This document shows positions 26,527-35,416 of a stretch of DNA of 64,000 nt, piece by piece. Numbering within the stretch: the first letter of the stretch is position 1; every line of letters begins with the position of its first letter. This stretch comes from Candidatus Nealsonbacteria bacterium (lineage in GTDB: Bacteria > Patescibacteriota > Minisyncoccia > Minisyncoccales > UBA6532). The notes below the pieces were generated by a model, which had not been told where the DNA came from, ran no database searches, and was given only the letters and a program-made list of their open reading frames with translations. The stretch is from contig JACPLN010000005.1 of the NCBI GenBank assembly GCA_016186485.1, positions 41,256 through 105,255 on the forward strand, in the 5' to 3' direction. The position numbers were made by a program, and so were the translations under genes.

Positions 26527-28569
26527 TTATTTTTGCGGCAGACCGGGACTATCACAAGATTTACTGGAGCACTTTATTTTTTTGCTTCTAGTTTCAACCA
26601 ACAGAGAACCGCATTTTGAGCATTTTTCGCCGGTGGGTTTTTCCCACAGGGCAAAATCGCATTTCGGGAAGCGGTTGCAGCCATAGAAAAGTTTGCCTTT
26701 CTTGGTTCTTTTTTCAACAATTTCACCTTGCAGGCATTTCGGGCATTTTACCCCCAATTTATTCTGCGGCAAGGACTCCGTGTAGTTGCATTTTGGGAAA
26801 GTTGAGCAGGCGTAGAATTTGCCGAATTTACCAAGCCTTATAATAACTTCAGCTCCGCATTTCGGGCATTTTTTTCCAGTTTTTTCCTGGGCCATCTCTT
26901 TTTTTGAAACCTCTTTATATTTTTTCTCAAGATTTTCTGCGAAGGGACCGTAAAAGTCTTTTAAAACCCTTACCCATTCTTCTTTTCCTTCGGAAACGTT
27001 ATCAAGGTTTTCTTCCATCTTTGCGGTAAACTGAATATCAACAATTTTTGGGAAGTGCTCAACCAGAAGATCGTTTACCGCAAGACCAATTTCAGTAGGC
27101 TTGAACTTTTTATTTTCGTCTTTTTCTATATAGTTTCTTTCTTGGATGGTTGAAATAATCGGAGCATAAGTAGAAGGCCTGCCAATGCCATTTTGTTCAA
27201 GGGCCTTAATAAGAGTCGCTTCGGTGTATCTGGCCGGCGGTTGGGTAAAGTGCTGGGAAGGCGTTAATTTTACAAGATCTAATATTTCATTGGCTTTAAG
27301 GAACGGCAGTTCTGTTTCTTCAAATTTTATCGGATAAACTTTAAGAAAACCGTCAAACCTCAAAACAGAACCATTGGCTTGAAAGACATGGTTTTTGGCT
27401 TCAATTTCTATTTTGGTTGAATCAAATCCGGCCCGGCTCATTTGAGAGGCGATAAATCTCCGCCAGATTAGATCGTAGAGCTTGAGCTGAGTTTCGTTCA
27501 GCTTGCAAGAGGACGGAGTTTTATCCGGATAGCTTGGCCTTATTGCTTCGTGGGCTTCTTGGGCTCCCCTGGCTTTGGTTTTATATTTTCCAAAAAACCC
27601 CGGCCAATAATTGTTTCCGTAGTTTTCAATAATGAATTTTTTCGCGGCAGACAGCGATAGATCAGAAAGGTTAAGGGAGTCGGTTCGGTGGTAGGTGATA
27701 AGCCCTTTTTCATAAAGGTTTTGAGCGATGCTCATCGTCAATCTTGCCGGAAAGTGAAGCTTCTTCCAGGCTGCCTGCTGGAGGGTGCTTGTGGTAAACG
27801 GAGGAAAGGGATTCCTTTTTATTTCTTTTCTTTCAATGCCTATTATTTTGTATTCCGCTCCATCCAAGTCCTTTATTATATTTTCCGCCTCCTCTTTTGT
27901 TTTAATCCCTAGTTTAGGAATTAATTTCTCGTCTTTTCTAATTAAAGTTGCCTCAAACTCATCATTCTTGAGATTTGAGATTTGAGATTTGAGATTTGCG
28001 ATTATGCTCCAGTATTCTTGAGGTTTAAAGTTCTCTATTTCTCTTTCCTTTTCCACCACCAGCCTTACAGCTACCGATTGCACTCTGCCGGCAGACAAGT
28101 GTCTGGCAATCTTTTTCCACAGGAAAGGAGAAAGTTTGTATCCCACAATCCTGTCTAGGATTCTTCTCGCTTGCTGAGCATCAACCAGGTTTTGGTCTAT
28201 GCCGCGAGGGTTTTTTAAAGAATCTTTAATTGCCTGTTTGGTTATTTCATGGAATACGATTCTTTGGTAATTTTCCGGATTTAATATTTGCCATAAATGC
28301 CAGCTGATAGATTCTCCTTCGCGGTCTTCGTCGGTAGCGAAAATAAGAAGATCGGCTTTTTTCGCCTCTTTTTTAAGCGACTGGATAATTTTCTTTGATT
28401 TTGCAGGAATGACATATTTTGGTTCAAAGTTATTTTCAACCTCAACGCCTAATTTGTCTTTGGGCAAATCCCTAACATGGCCATAGGAAGACAAGACCTT
28501 GTATTTAGGCCCAAGAAATTTTCCAATAGTCTTTGATTTAGTTGGCGATTCAACTATTACTAAATTCAT
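26527..28569 (-). CDS. topA: DNA topoisomerase I
   Basis: TOPRIM start MNLVIVESPTK, active-site region ITYHRTDS, three C-terminal CxxC...CxxC zinc ribbons. Confidence 0.95.
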   Translation of the reverse strand: MNLVIVESPTKSKTIGKFLGPKYKVLSSYGHVRDLPKDKLGVEVENNFEPKYVIPAKSKKIIQSLKKEAKKADLLIFATDEDREGESISWHLWQILNPENYQRIVFHEITKQAIKDSLKNPRGIDQNLVDAQQARRILDRIVGYKLSPFLWKKIARHLSAGRVQSVAVRLVVEKEREIENFKPQEYWSIIANLKSQISNLKNDEFEATLIRKDEKLIPKLGIKTKEEAENIIKDLDGAEYKIIGIERKEIKRNPFPPFTTSTLQQAAWKKLHFPARLTMSIAQNLYEKGLITYHRTDSLNLSDLSLSAAKKFIIENYGNNYWPGFFGKYKTKARGAQEAHEAIRPSYPDKTPSSCKLNETQLKLYDLIWRRFIASQMSRAGFDSTKIEIEAKNHVFQANGSVLRFDGFLKVYPIKFEETELPFLKANEILDLVKLTPSQHFTQPPARYTEATLIKALEQNGIGRPSTYAPIISTIQERNYIEKDENKKFKPTEIGLAVNDLLVEHFPKIVDIQFTAKMEENLDNVSEGKEEWVRVLKDFYGPFAENLEKKYKEVSKKEMAQEKTGKKCPKCGAEVIIRLGKFGKFYACSTFPKCNYTESLPQNKLGVKCPKCLQGEIVEKRTKKGKLFYGCNRFPKCDFALWEKPTGEKCSKCGSLLVETRSKKIKCSSKSCDSPGLPQK
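27970..28004 (-). repeat. In-frame heptamer micro-repeat in topA: (AAATCTC)x4 perfect plus one degenerate unit on the sense strand
   Basis: GAGATTT x4 at 27970-27997 on the + strand; encodes ANLKSQISNLKN. Confidence 0.85.
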
Positions 28570-30508
28570 ATTGCGGCTTTAATTTCTCAATTGTATCAGA
28601 TAACATTTGACAATATAAGTTTAATCCGACCTGGTTAATGGATCCCGATTGCTCCTTGCCCAAGACGTTTCCAGCGCCTCTTATCTCAAGGTCCCTTAAA
28701 GCAATTTTGTATCCCGATCCGAGCTCCTGGGCTTGCTTTAACGCTTTTAACCTAAGCTTTGCCTTTTGAGAAAGGCTTTTTCCAAAAAAGAAATAAGCGA
28801 AAGCCTGCTTGGTTGACCTGCCGACCCTGCCCCTTATTTGGTGGGCTTGGGCCAAACCGAGATTTGCGGCCTCTGCCACAATTATTGTATTGACATTAGG
28901 CAGATCAATGCCGTTTTCAATGATGGTGGTTGCCACCAGAATATCAAATTTCCTTTTTTTAAAATCATTCATCATATTTATCAGTTCTTTTTCTTTCATC
29001 TTTCCATGGGCAACGCCTATGCGGCATTCGGGAGAGAGTTCTTCTAAAAGACTTTTTGCGGCTCCAATTGTTTCTATCCTGTTGTGCAAGTAATAAATTT
29101 GGCCCCCTCTGTTTATTTCTAATTCAATAGCTTTTTTGATTTCTTTTTCCTGCCAAGGCATAACCTTTGTATTTATAGATAAGCGTCCCGGGGGAGGAGT
29201 CTGGATTAAGCTTATTCCTTTTAAAGAGGAAAGGGCGAGGTACAAAGTTCTTGGTATCGGGGTGGCGGATAAGCTTAAAACATCAAGATCGGGCCTGATC
29301 TTTTTTAGTTTTTCTTTTTGCCTTACTCCGAATTTTTGTTCGTCGTCAATAATCAAAAGGCCGAGGTTTTTAAACTCAATATCGTTTGAAAGAATCCTGT
29401 GGGTGCCCAAAAGAAGGTCAATTTCACCGCTCCCCGTTTTCTTTATTATTTCTTTTTGTTCTTTCTTTGTCTGGATTCTGGATATCAAAGCTGCCTTTAC
29501 CGGGAAATTTTTCAATCTGTCTTTGACGGTTTGAAAATGCTGGTTTGCCAAAATTGTTGTCGGGCAGATCATCGCTGTTTGCCTGCCGGAAGTTATCGCC
29601 TTGAACGCGGCCCTTAGAGAAATTTCCGTTTTGCCAAATCCCACATCCCCGCAAACTATCCTATCCATGGGAAAATCTTTGTATAAATCATTTTTTATGT
29701 CTTCAATCGCCTGGAGCTGGTCTGGGGTTTCGTCCCTGCCAAAGGCAGCCTCAAAATTATTTTGCATCTCGTCATCCTTTAAATAGGGCGGCCGTCGGGA
29801 TACCTCTCTTTTGGCGTAAATTTCCAGAAGCTCTTTAGCCAGCTTTTCTGTTTCTTCCTTAACTTTCTTTTTTGTTTTTTCCCACAAAGACGAAGAAAGG
29901 CGGGAAATTACCGGCTCTCTGAAGCCTATATGCCTTGAAAGTTTTCTTTCTAATCCAAGAGGAACATAAAGCCTATCTCCCTTGTCGTATTCCAATACGT
30001 AGTATCCGTCTTTTAGAAAAGCGAATTTGCCTATTCCGTGGTCCAGGTGGACCAGATATTCTCCTGGCTTTATTGTTCCCTTTATAGAAAATTGCTCCCG
30101 ACGCTTTAATTTTCTTATTAACCTATCTTTTATCTCCTTTTCACTATTAATTTTTATCGGCAACTCTAAAATATTCTCAATTTTGTTTCCGTAGAATTCA
30201 ATCCTTGCGGCTTGCATCAAATTCACGGGGAACAGGTCAATAACCCCTCCTCTTTTTGAGAATTCGCCCGGTTCCGTTATTGTTAATACTTTTTCATAGC
30301 CCATTTCGTCAAGCTTTCTCAAGAAATTGGAGAAATGGCATTCCTTGTTTTCTTCCAGGAAAATTGCGTTTTCCTGAAAGAAAATCTGGGTTTTTTGCGC
30401 ATCCAGAATTTTATTTATATTCTTTTCAAACCAAATATTCCCCTTTTCCAAAAAGTAGGGGATGCAGCTGACTATAAGCAATCTGTCTGAACCGCTTGAC
30501 CGCTCCAT
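28550..30508 (-). CDS. mfd: Short Mfd-like transcription-repair coupling factor (CarD-like plus SF2 helicase core)
   Basis: GEYLVHLDHGIGKF (CarD/RID), GDVGFGKTE, DDEQKFGV, QIRGRVGRS; only 652 aa. Confidence 0.75.
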   Translation of the reverse strand: MERSSGSDRLLIVSCIPYFLEKGNIWFEKNINKILDAQKTQIFFQENAIFLEENKECHFSNFLRKLDEMGYEKVLTITEPGEFSKRGGVIDLFPVNLMQAARIEFYGNKIENILELPIKINSEKEIKDRLIRKLKRREQFSIKGTIKPGEYLVHLDHGIGKFAFLKDGYYVLEYDKGDRLYVPLGLERKLSRHIGFREPVISRLSSSLWEKTKKKVKEETEKLAKELLEIYAKREVSRRPPYLKDDEMQNNFEAAFGRDETPDQLQAIEDIKNDLYKDFPMDRIVCGDVGFGKTEISLRAAFKAITSGRQTAMICPTTILANQHFQTVKDRLKNFPVKAALISRIQTKKEQKEIIKKTGSGEIDLLLGTHRILSNDIEFKNLGLLIIDDEQKFGVRQKEKLKKIRPDLDVLSLSATPIPRTLYLALSSLKGISLIQTPPPGRLSINTKVMPWQEKEIKKAIELEINRGGQIYYLHNRIETIGAAKSLLEELSPECRIGVAHGKMKEKELINMMNDFKKRKFDILVATTIIENGIDLPNVNTIIVAEAANLGLAQAHQIRGRVGRSTKQAFAYFFFGKSLSQKAKLRLKALKQAQELGSGYKIALRDLEIRGAGNVLGKEQSGSINQVGLNLYCQMLSDTIEKLKPQYEFSNS

Positions 30509-31116
30509 TCTTTTTTGTTAGTATATTATCTAGGCGCACCTTGTCAAATAAAAGTTCGGGAAGAAGAAAAAAAGAGGGTTGGTTTGCAGCAGCGGTTCTT
30601 TGCTGGTTTGTTTTAGGGATATCGTTATATGCATCTTGGGTTGAATTATCTTTCCCCCGCAAAATGCCCATCTCCTTCAGTAATGAAATAGAGAATAGCG
30701 GCGTTCTGACAGCAGAAGTTAAAAGCTGGGCGGAAATAATATCCAAAAGCCCACCAGGAGTAGTTATCGCTAATTATACGGCTAAGTCAAGCGAGGAGTT
30801 TTTGTCCTTAGCCAGGAAATCACAAGAACATTCGGCATATGTTTCGGCATATGTTTATATGGAGCAAGAAACGCTTTCCGATGGAAAAACGGTTGTTGCG
30901 CTAAAAAAGATTTACGTTTTGGTTGCATCACAAAGCAGTCTGGTCAACCTATATGTTAAATACGAGGATCGCTATTACAAACAGGGATTTTACATAGACC
31001 CGGTCTCTGGTCAATTTTTTAGCCACCCCTCTGTATTGTTGGTCTTCTTCGTCGTACTTAGTTTGCTCTTTGGTTATTGCGCTACAGTTTATTACCTAAG
31101 AAAGCCGACACAATAA
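30496..31116 (+). CDS. Hypothetical membrane protein (start uncertain; in-frame TTG at 30541 also possible)
   Basis: ORF with N-terminal and C-terminal hydrophobic helices; no ATG start. Confidence 0.4.
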   Translation: MTAPFFFVSILSRRTLSNKSSGRRKKEGWFAAAVLCWFVLGISLYASWVELSFPRKMPISFSNEIENSGVLTAEVKSWAEIISKSPPGVVIANYTAKSSEEFLSLARKSQEHSAYVSAYVYMEQETLSDGKTVVALKKIYVLVASQSSLVNLYVKYEDRYYKQGFYIDPVSGQFFSHPSVLLVFFVVLSLLFGYCATVYYLRKPTQ

Positions 31117-31176
31117 TTGTGCCGGTTATTTTATTCAATCGCGCCTTGACAGAAAATTGAATTATTTCCGGAAACG

Positions 31177-31422
31177 ATGGTTCGGGTTAACGGATGGAAG
31201 GGTAATTTTCTAAGAGTTGGAAGAGCGGGTTATAAAAATCCCGTAATAGGGGGCGAACTTGCTCCAAAACCTCAAGAAATAGTTAAGTGCGATTGGTATC
31301 CTATTGGGGTTATTGGCAGGAATACTTTGCCATTTTACAATTCTCATAGAAAAATTGCTCTCAAGTTATTGGAGCTAATTTCAGACCAGAGGCTTACTAC
31401 GCTTGAAATTCAAAAGCAGTAA
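31177..31422 (+). CDS. Hypothetical small protein (weak call)
   Basis: 81-aa ORF in otherwise empty space, 26-nt convergent overlap with pth; no motif or RBS support. Confidence 0.25.
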   Translation: MVRVNGWKGNFLRVGRAGYKNPVIGGELAPKPQEIVKCDWYPIGVIGRNTLPFYNSHRKIALKLLELISDQRLTTLEIQKQ

Positions 31423-31909
31423 GCCCCTTTTTTATTTCAAGACAGGCGTTCTTAATGCTATCTTTAATAATATTCTGTTCTTCCTTGCTGAATTTTTCCA
31501 AGACCGGTTCTTTTTCTATTCCTATTCTGAAACGGACAAAATCTTTTGTCTTCAATTCGCCAATTATGGATTGCACGCCTTTGTGGCCGGCAGACCCCCG
31601 GCCTTTGGAAATTTTAATTTTTCCCAAAGGCAGATCTAGGTCGTCATGAACAACAAACAAGTTAGTAGTTGGTAGCGAGTAGTAAGTAGTTAGGGGTTTG
31701 ACCGTTTTTCCGGAGTTATTCATAAATGTTCGGGGCTTAGCAAGAATTATTTCTCCTTTCTTAGATACGTCAGCATTAAATTTTTTAGAAAACTTAAAAT
31801 CGGGAAACTCATTTTCCTTTGCAAATTGGTCTAAAACTTCAAATCCCAAGTTGTGTCTTGTTCCAAAAAACTCTTTGCCCGGATTTCCCAGGCCGACAAT
31901 TAAAATCAT
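31397..31909 (-). CDS. pth: Peptidyl-tRNA hydrolase
   Basis: MILIVGLGNPG...TRHNLGF, HDDLDLP, GHKG motifs. Confidence 0.9.
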   Translation of the reverse strand: MILIVGLGNPGKEFFGTRHNLGFEVLDQFAKENEFPDFKFSKKFNADVSKKGEIILAKPRTFMNNSGKTVKPLTTYYSLPTTNLFVVHDDLDLPLGKIKISKGRGSAGHKGVQSIIGELKTKDFVRFRIGIEKEPVLEKFSKEEQNIIKDSIKNACLEIKKGLTAFEFQA

Positions 31910-31912
31910 ACC

Positions 31913-31940
31913 TTGTATTATTATATTACCATGTTATAAT
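31913..31940 (+). promoter_or_regulatory. Candidate lepB promoter TTGTAT-N16-TGtTATAAT (extended -10), leaderless geometry
   Basis: -10 at 31935-31940; ATG at 31949. Confidence 0.5.
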
Positions 31941-31948
31941 ATTTTAAC

Positions 31949-32494
31949 ATGTTGAAAAACACACTGTTTTTTATCTGGGAAGTGGCGAAAATTGTAATTA
32001 TCGCCCTGTTAATCGTAATACCAATCAGGTATTTTATTTTCCAGCCGTTTTTGGTTAGGGGCGAGTCAATGGTTCCCAATTTCCATAACGGGGATTACCT
32101 TATAGTTGACGAAATTTCTTACAGATTAAGAGAGCCCCAGAGGGGAGAGGTCATTGTTTTCAGATTTCCCGATAATCCGTCTTTAAGATACATAAAAAGA
32201 ATAATTGGCCTTCCGGGAGAAACCGTTAAAGTAGAAAACAGCAAAGTTTTTGTAGGCAGAAACGCTGTTTTGCAGCCGTTGGACGAGTCTTTGTATATAC
32301 CCGCCGACCTTACGCCGGGAGACATTAAAATCACCCTGGACGAAAACGAATATTTTGTATTGGGAGACAATAGGGACGCTTCTTCAGACTCAAGAAAATG
32401 GGGACCCCTAGACACCAGTTTTATTATTGGCAGGGTATTTCTAAGGGTTTTGCCATTGTCTGCCTTAGCCCAAATTGAAGTCCCGGCCTACTAA
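31949..32494 (+). CDS. lepB: Signal peptidase I
   Basis: GESMVPN (catalytic Ser), RIIGLPGE, GDNRDASSDSR motifs. Confidence 0.9.
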   Translation: MLKNTLFFIWEVAKIVIIALLIVIPIRYFIFQPFLVRGESMVPNFHNGDYLIVDEISYRLREPQRGEVIVFRFPDNPSLRYIKRIIGLPGETVKVENSKVFVGRNAVLQPLDESLYIPADLTPGDIKITLDENEYFVLGDNRDASSDSRKWGPLDTSFIIGRVFLRVLPLSALAQIEVPAY

Positions 32495-32514
32495 TCAAGT
32501 CCGACTTGACTTAA

Positions 32515-33792
32515 ATGAAAAAACAAAAATTTCAAGCCCCAACGGGCATGCACGATATTTTGCCCAGCGATCAAGTTTTCTACCGCAAGGTTGGCAGGAT
32601 AGCGGAAAATCTTGTTGATTTTTACGGCTTTGAAAAAATTGACACTCCGATTGTTGAAAACGCCGAGCTTTTTGAAAAAGGAACCGGTTTGAGCACGGAT
32701 GTTGTCCAAAAGCAGATGTATTCATTCAAAACCAAGGGAGGAGATTATTTAGCCCTAAGGCCGGAATTTACTCCGGGGGTGGTAAGGGCATATATTGAGC
32801 ACGGAATGATGAATTTACCTCAGCCCCTGAAACTTTGGTATCTGGGCCCGCTCTTCAGATATGAAAGGCCGCAAGCCGGGAGATTCCGCCAGTTTCATCA
32901 ATTTGGCGTTGAGGTTATAGGCGAGGGCAATCCGGCCATTGACGCCCAAGTAATCCAGATTTTTTACAATCTTCTTCAAGAGTTAAAATTCAGGCATCTG
33001 ATTGTTGAGGTAAACAGCATAGGGGATAACCAATGCAGACCTTACTATAAGAAATCAATTTCCAGTTATTTTAAATACAGAGAGCAGCAGCTTTGTTTGG
33101 ATTGCAAAAGACGGTTAAGGGAAAATCCATTAAGGATTTTAGACTGCAAAGAAGAAAAATGCCAAAGGATAATCAATCAGGCCCCCCAAATGGTTGATTA
33201 TTTATGCGATCAGTGCAAGACTCATTTTAAGAAGCTTCTGGAGGTGCTGGACGATCTTAATCTTCCATATCATTTGAATCCTCTTTTGGTCAGGGGTTTA
33301 GACTACTACACCAAAACTGTTTTTGAAATTTGGGATGATACTGAGGGCGGCAAGGCTTTAGGAGCTATGGTTGGCGGAGGAAGGTACGATTCTTTAGTAA
33401 AGATTTTGGGAGGGAAAGATACGTCAGCTTGCGGAGGAGCCGCAGGCCTTGAAAGAATTATATCCGAACTAAAAGCAAGGGGGGTGAAGCCGCTGGAGCC
33501 CCAGTCCAGGATTTTTGTGGCGCAATTGGGAGATTTGGCAAAAAGGAAAACCCTGGGATTGGTTGAAAATTTCAGAAAAGAAGGAATTTCAATAGCCGAA
33601 TCTTTGGGTAAGGATTCTCTAAAGACACAGCTGAACAGGGCCAACAAGATTGGGGCCGAATATTCATTAATTATCGGCCAAAAGGAAGCTCTGGACGGAA
33701 CGGTTATTGTTAGAGATATGCATTCCGGCAAGCAAGATATAGTAAGAATGGAAAAGGTTGCGAAAGAAATGCAAAGGCGTTTAAAGAAATAG
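32515..33792 (+). CDS. hisS: Histidyl-tRNA synthetase
   Basis: GMHDILP, LRPEFT, FRYERPQAGRFRQFHQ class II motifs, GGGRYD. Confidence 0.95.
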   Translation: MKKQKFQAPTGMHDILPSDQVFYRKVGRIAENLVDFYGFEKIDTPIVENAELFEKGTGLSTDVVQKQMYSFKTKGGDYLALRPEFTPGVVRAYIEHGMMNLPQPLKLWYLGPLFRYERPQAGRFRQFHQFGVEVIGEGNPAIDAQVIQIFYNLLQELKFRHLIVEVNSIGDNQCRPYYKKSISSYFKYREQQLCLDCKRRLRENPLRILDCKEEKCQRIINQAPQMVDYLCDQCKTHFKKLLEVLDDLNLPYHLNPLLVRGLDYYTKTVFEIWDDTEGGKALGAMVGGGRYDSLVKILGGKDTSACGGAAGLERIISELKARGVKPLEPQSRIFVAQLGDLAKRKTLGLVENFRKEGISIAESLGKDSLKTQLNRANKIGAEYSLIIGQKEALDGTVIVRDMHSGKQDIVRMEKVAKEMQRRLKK

Positions 33793-33794
33793 TT

Positions 33795-34133
33795 ATGACT
33801 TGCGTTTTTTGCGAAATTATCAAGAAAGAGGCGAAGGCCGAGATAGTTTATGAAGACGAGAAAATATTAGGTTTTAAAAATATTCATCCCGAAGCCCCAG
33901 TTCATTTGCTTTTTGTTCCAAAAAAACATATACAATGGAATGACGAATTCAATGAAAAAGATTTAGAGCTTTTATCCAAACTTATATCCGCCGCAAAAAA
34001 GGTTGCCGCTGAAATAAAGATTAATGATGCCTATAAAATGATTTTTAACGTGGGCAAAACCGGGCACATCCTTCATATCCATTTGCACCTTTTAGGCGGA
34101 TGGGAAAACGATGCGCCGCTTCATAATATTTAA
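33795..34133 (+). CDS. HIT-family nucleotide hydrolase (HinT-like)
   Basis: CVFCEI start and HIHLHLLGG histidine triad. Confidence 0.85.
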   Translation: MTCVFCEIIKKEAKAEIVYEDEKILGFKNIHPEAPVHLLFVPKKHIQWNDEFNEKDLELLSKLISAAKKVAAEIKINDAYKMIFNVGKTGHILHIHLHLLGGWENDAPLHNI

Positions 34134-34139
34134 AATATG

Positions 34140-34314
34140 CCCCGTAGTGAAAATTTGACATTTCTTGACGAGTTATGAGAAAAACAAACTACGAGACATA
34201 TGGTTCATTATTATATTATTAATGAGTAATTGCAGCGAGTTTTAGCGAAATTAACTCGTTGTCAAACTTCTACTACTAGCGAAATTAACTCGTTGTCAAA
34301 CTTCTACTACGGGG
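34140..34314. mobile_element. MITE-like hairpin element, copy 2 (175 bp, with internal 34-bp tandem duplication)
   Basis: Ends near-identical to copy 1; flanked by TATG at 34136-34139 and 34315-34318; duplication units 34244-34277 and 34278-34311. Confidence 0.7.
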
Positions 34315-34315
34315 T

Positions 34316-34537
34316 ATGCCGCTAGAAATTAAAAAAAGAGAAAGAGAAAATATCCAGGGCTTGCTTTACCGCTTTAAAAAAGCCATTCAAGGGAGCGGTA
34401 TTTTGCTGCGCGCCAGAGAAGGCTCTTTTAAGAGAAGGTCAAAGAGCAAAAGCGCCAAGAAAAAGTCAATTTTAAGAAGATTAGAGGCGAATAAAGAACA
34501 CGAAAGGAAAAGGAAATTTGAAAAACCAAATGCTTAA
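34316..34537 (+). CDS. rpsU: 30S ribosomal protein S21
   Basis: 73 aa, basic; LLYRFKKAIQGSGILLRAREGSFKRRS resembles the S21 core. Confidence 0.75.
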   Translation: MPLEIKKRERENIQGLLYRFKKAIQGSGILLRAREGSFKRRSKSKSAKKKSILRRLEANKEHERKRKFEKPNA

Positions 34538-35024
34538 AGAGGAAATTCAACAAGATTTAAAAGAAGCTTTGAAGGCCAAAAGAGAACTTGAGGTTTCTAC
34601 CTTAAGGCTTCTCAATTCCGCAATATTAAATAAAGAAAAAGAGAAGAGGTATCTTATCGCAAAAGCAAACCAGGGGCTAAAAGAGGAAGAATTAGCAGAA
34701 AAAAGCCAACTTTCCGAAGAAGAAACAACAGACGTGGTTTCTTCAGAAATTAAGAAAAGGAAAGAATCCGTGGCCGGGTTTGAGAAGGGCGGGAGAAAAG
34801 ATTTAGTTGAAAAGGAATCCAAGGAAATTGAGATTCTGAAAAAATACCAGCCAGAACAGCTTTCAGAAGAAGAAATCATAAAATTAGCAAAAGAGGCCGT
34901 AGAAAAATTAAAGGCTAAGGAAATAAAGGATATGGGTAAGGTAATGTCAGAATTAATGCCAAGGGTTAAGGGCAGGGCAGACGGCGGTCTGGTTTCAAAA
35001 GCCGTAAAAGAGCTGCTTTCATGA
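34530..35024 (+). CDS. yqeY: GatB/YqeY-domain protein
   Basis: LKEALKAKRELEVSTLRLLNSAI and C-terminal GKVMSELMPRVKGRADG pattern; rpsU-yqeY adjacency is common. Confidence 0.75.
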   Translation: MLKEEIQQDLKEALKAKRELEVSTLRLLNSAILNKEKEKRYLIAKANQGLKEEELAEKSQLSEEETTDVVSSEIKKRKESVAGFEKGGRKDLVEKESKEIEILKKYQPEQLSEEEIIKLAKEAVEKLKAKEIKDMGKVMSELMPRVKGRADGGLVSKAVKELLS

Positions 35025-35416
35025 TTGAAGTCAACAATCTAACCCGTATTCCGCTTGATAAAGGGTTTTTAAAGAGGGTTGCTGAAATTGTTTTGAGGGG
35101 GGAGAACAAGAAAGAATTAGACGTTTCTTTAGCTATAGTTGCGCAAAATAGAATAAGAGAATTGAACAAAAAATATCGGGGGAAAAACAAGGCGACAGAC
35201 GTTCTTTCTTTCCAAGAACCCTTGGAAATAGTAATATGTTTGAGGGAGGTTAAAAATAATGCCAAAAGATTCGGCCAGGGCGAAAAACAGGAGCTTGCAA
35301 AAGTTCTTATTCACGGAATTTTGCATATTCTCGGCTATAACCATAAAGAAAACAGAGGGAAAACCGATCCAATGTCAGAAAAAGAAAATTATTATTTATC
35401 TTTAATATTTTCTTAA
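35021..35416 (+). CDS. ybeY: rRNA maturation endoribonuclease YbeY
   Basis: HGILHILGYNH zinc-binding motif; ATGA overlap with yqeY. Confidence 0.85.
   Translation: MIEVNNLTRIPLDKGFLKRVAEIVLRGENKKELDVSLAIVAQNRIRELNKKYRGKNKATDVLSFQEPLEIVICLREVKNNAKRFGQGEKQELAKVLIHGILHILGYNHKENRGKTDPMSEKENYYLSLIFS

Noticed and set aside
27970-28004. Tandem short repeats considered as a CRISPR array.
   Set aside because: The period is 7 nt with no spacers, the repeats lie inside a CDS, and no cas genes are present in the window.
33306-33731. Long antisense or overlapping ORFs in the track: this one, plus 11459-11836, 16116-16520, 37750-38172, 46162-46611, 50374-50757, 50791-51189 and 56098-56520.
   Set aside because: Each lies inside a well-supported conserved gene on the opposite strand or in another frame. 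Their low-complexity S/P/F/I-rich translations are typical of shadow ORFs.
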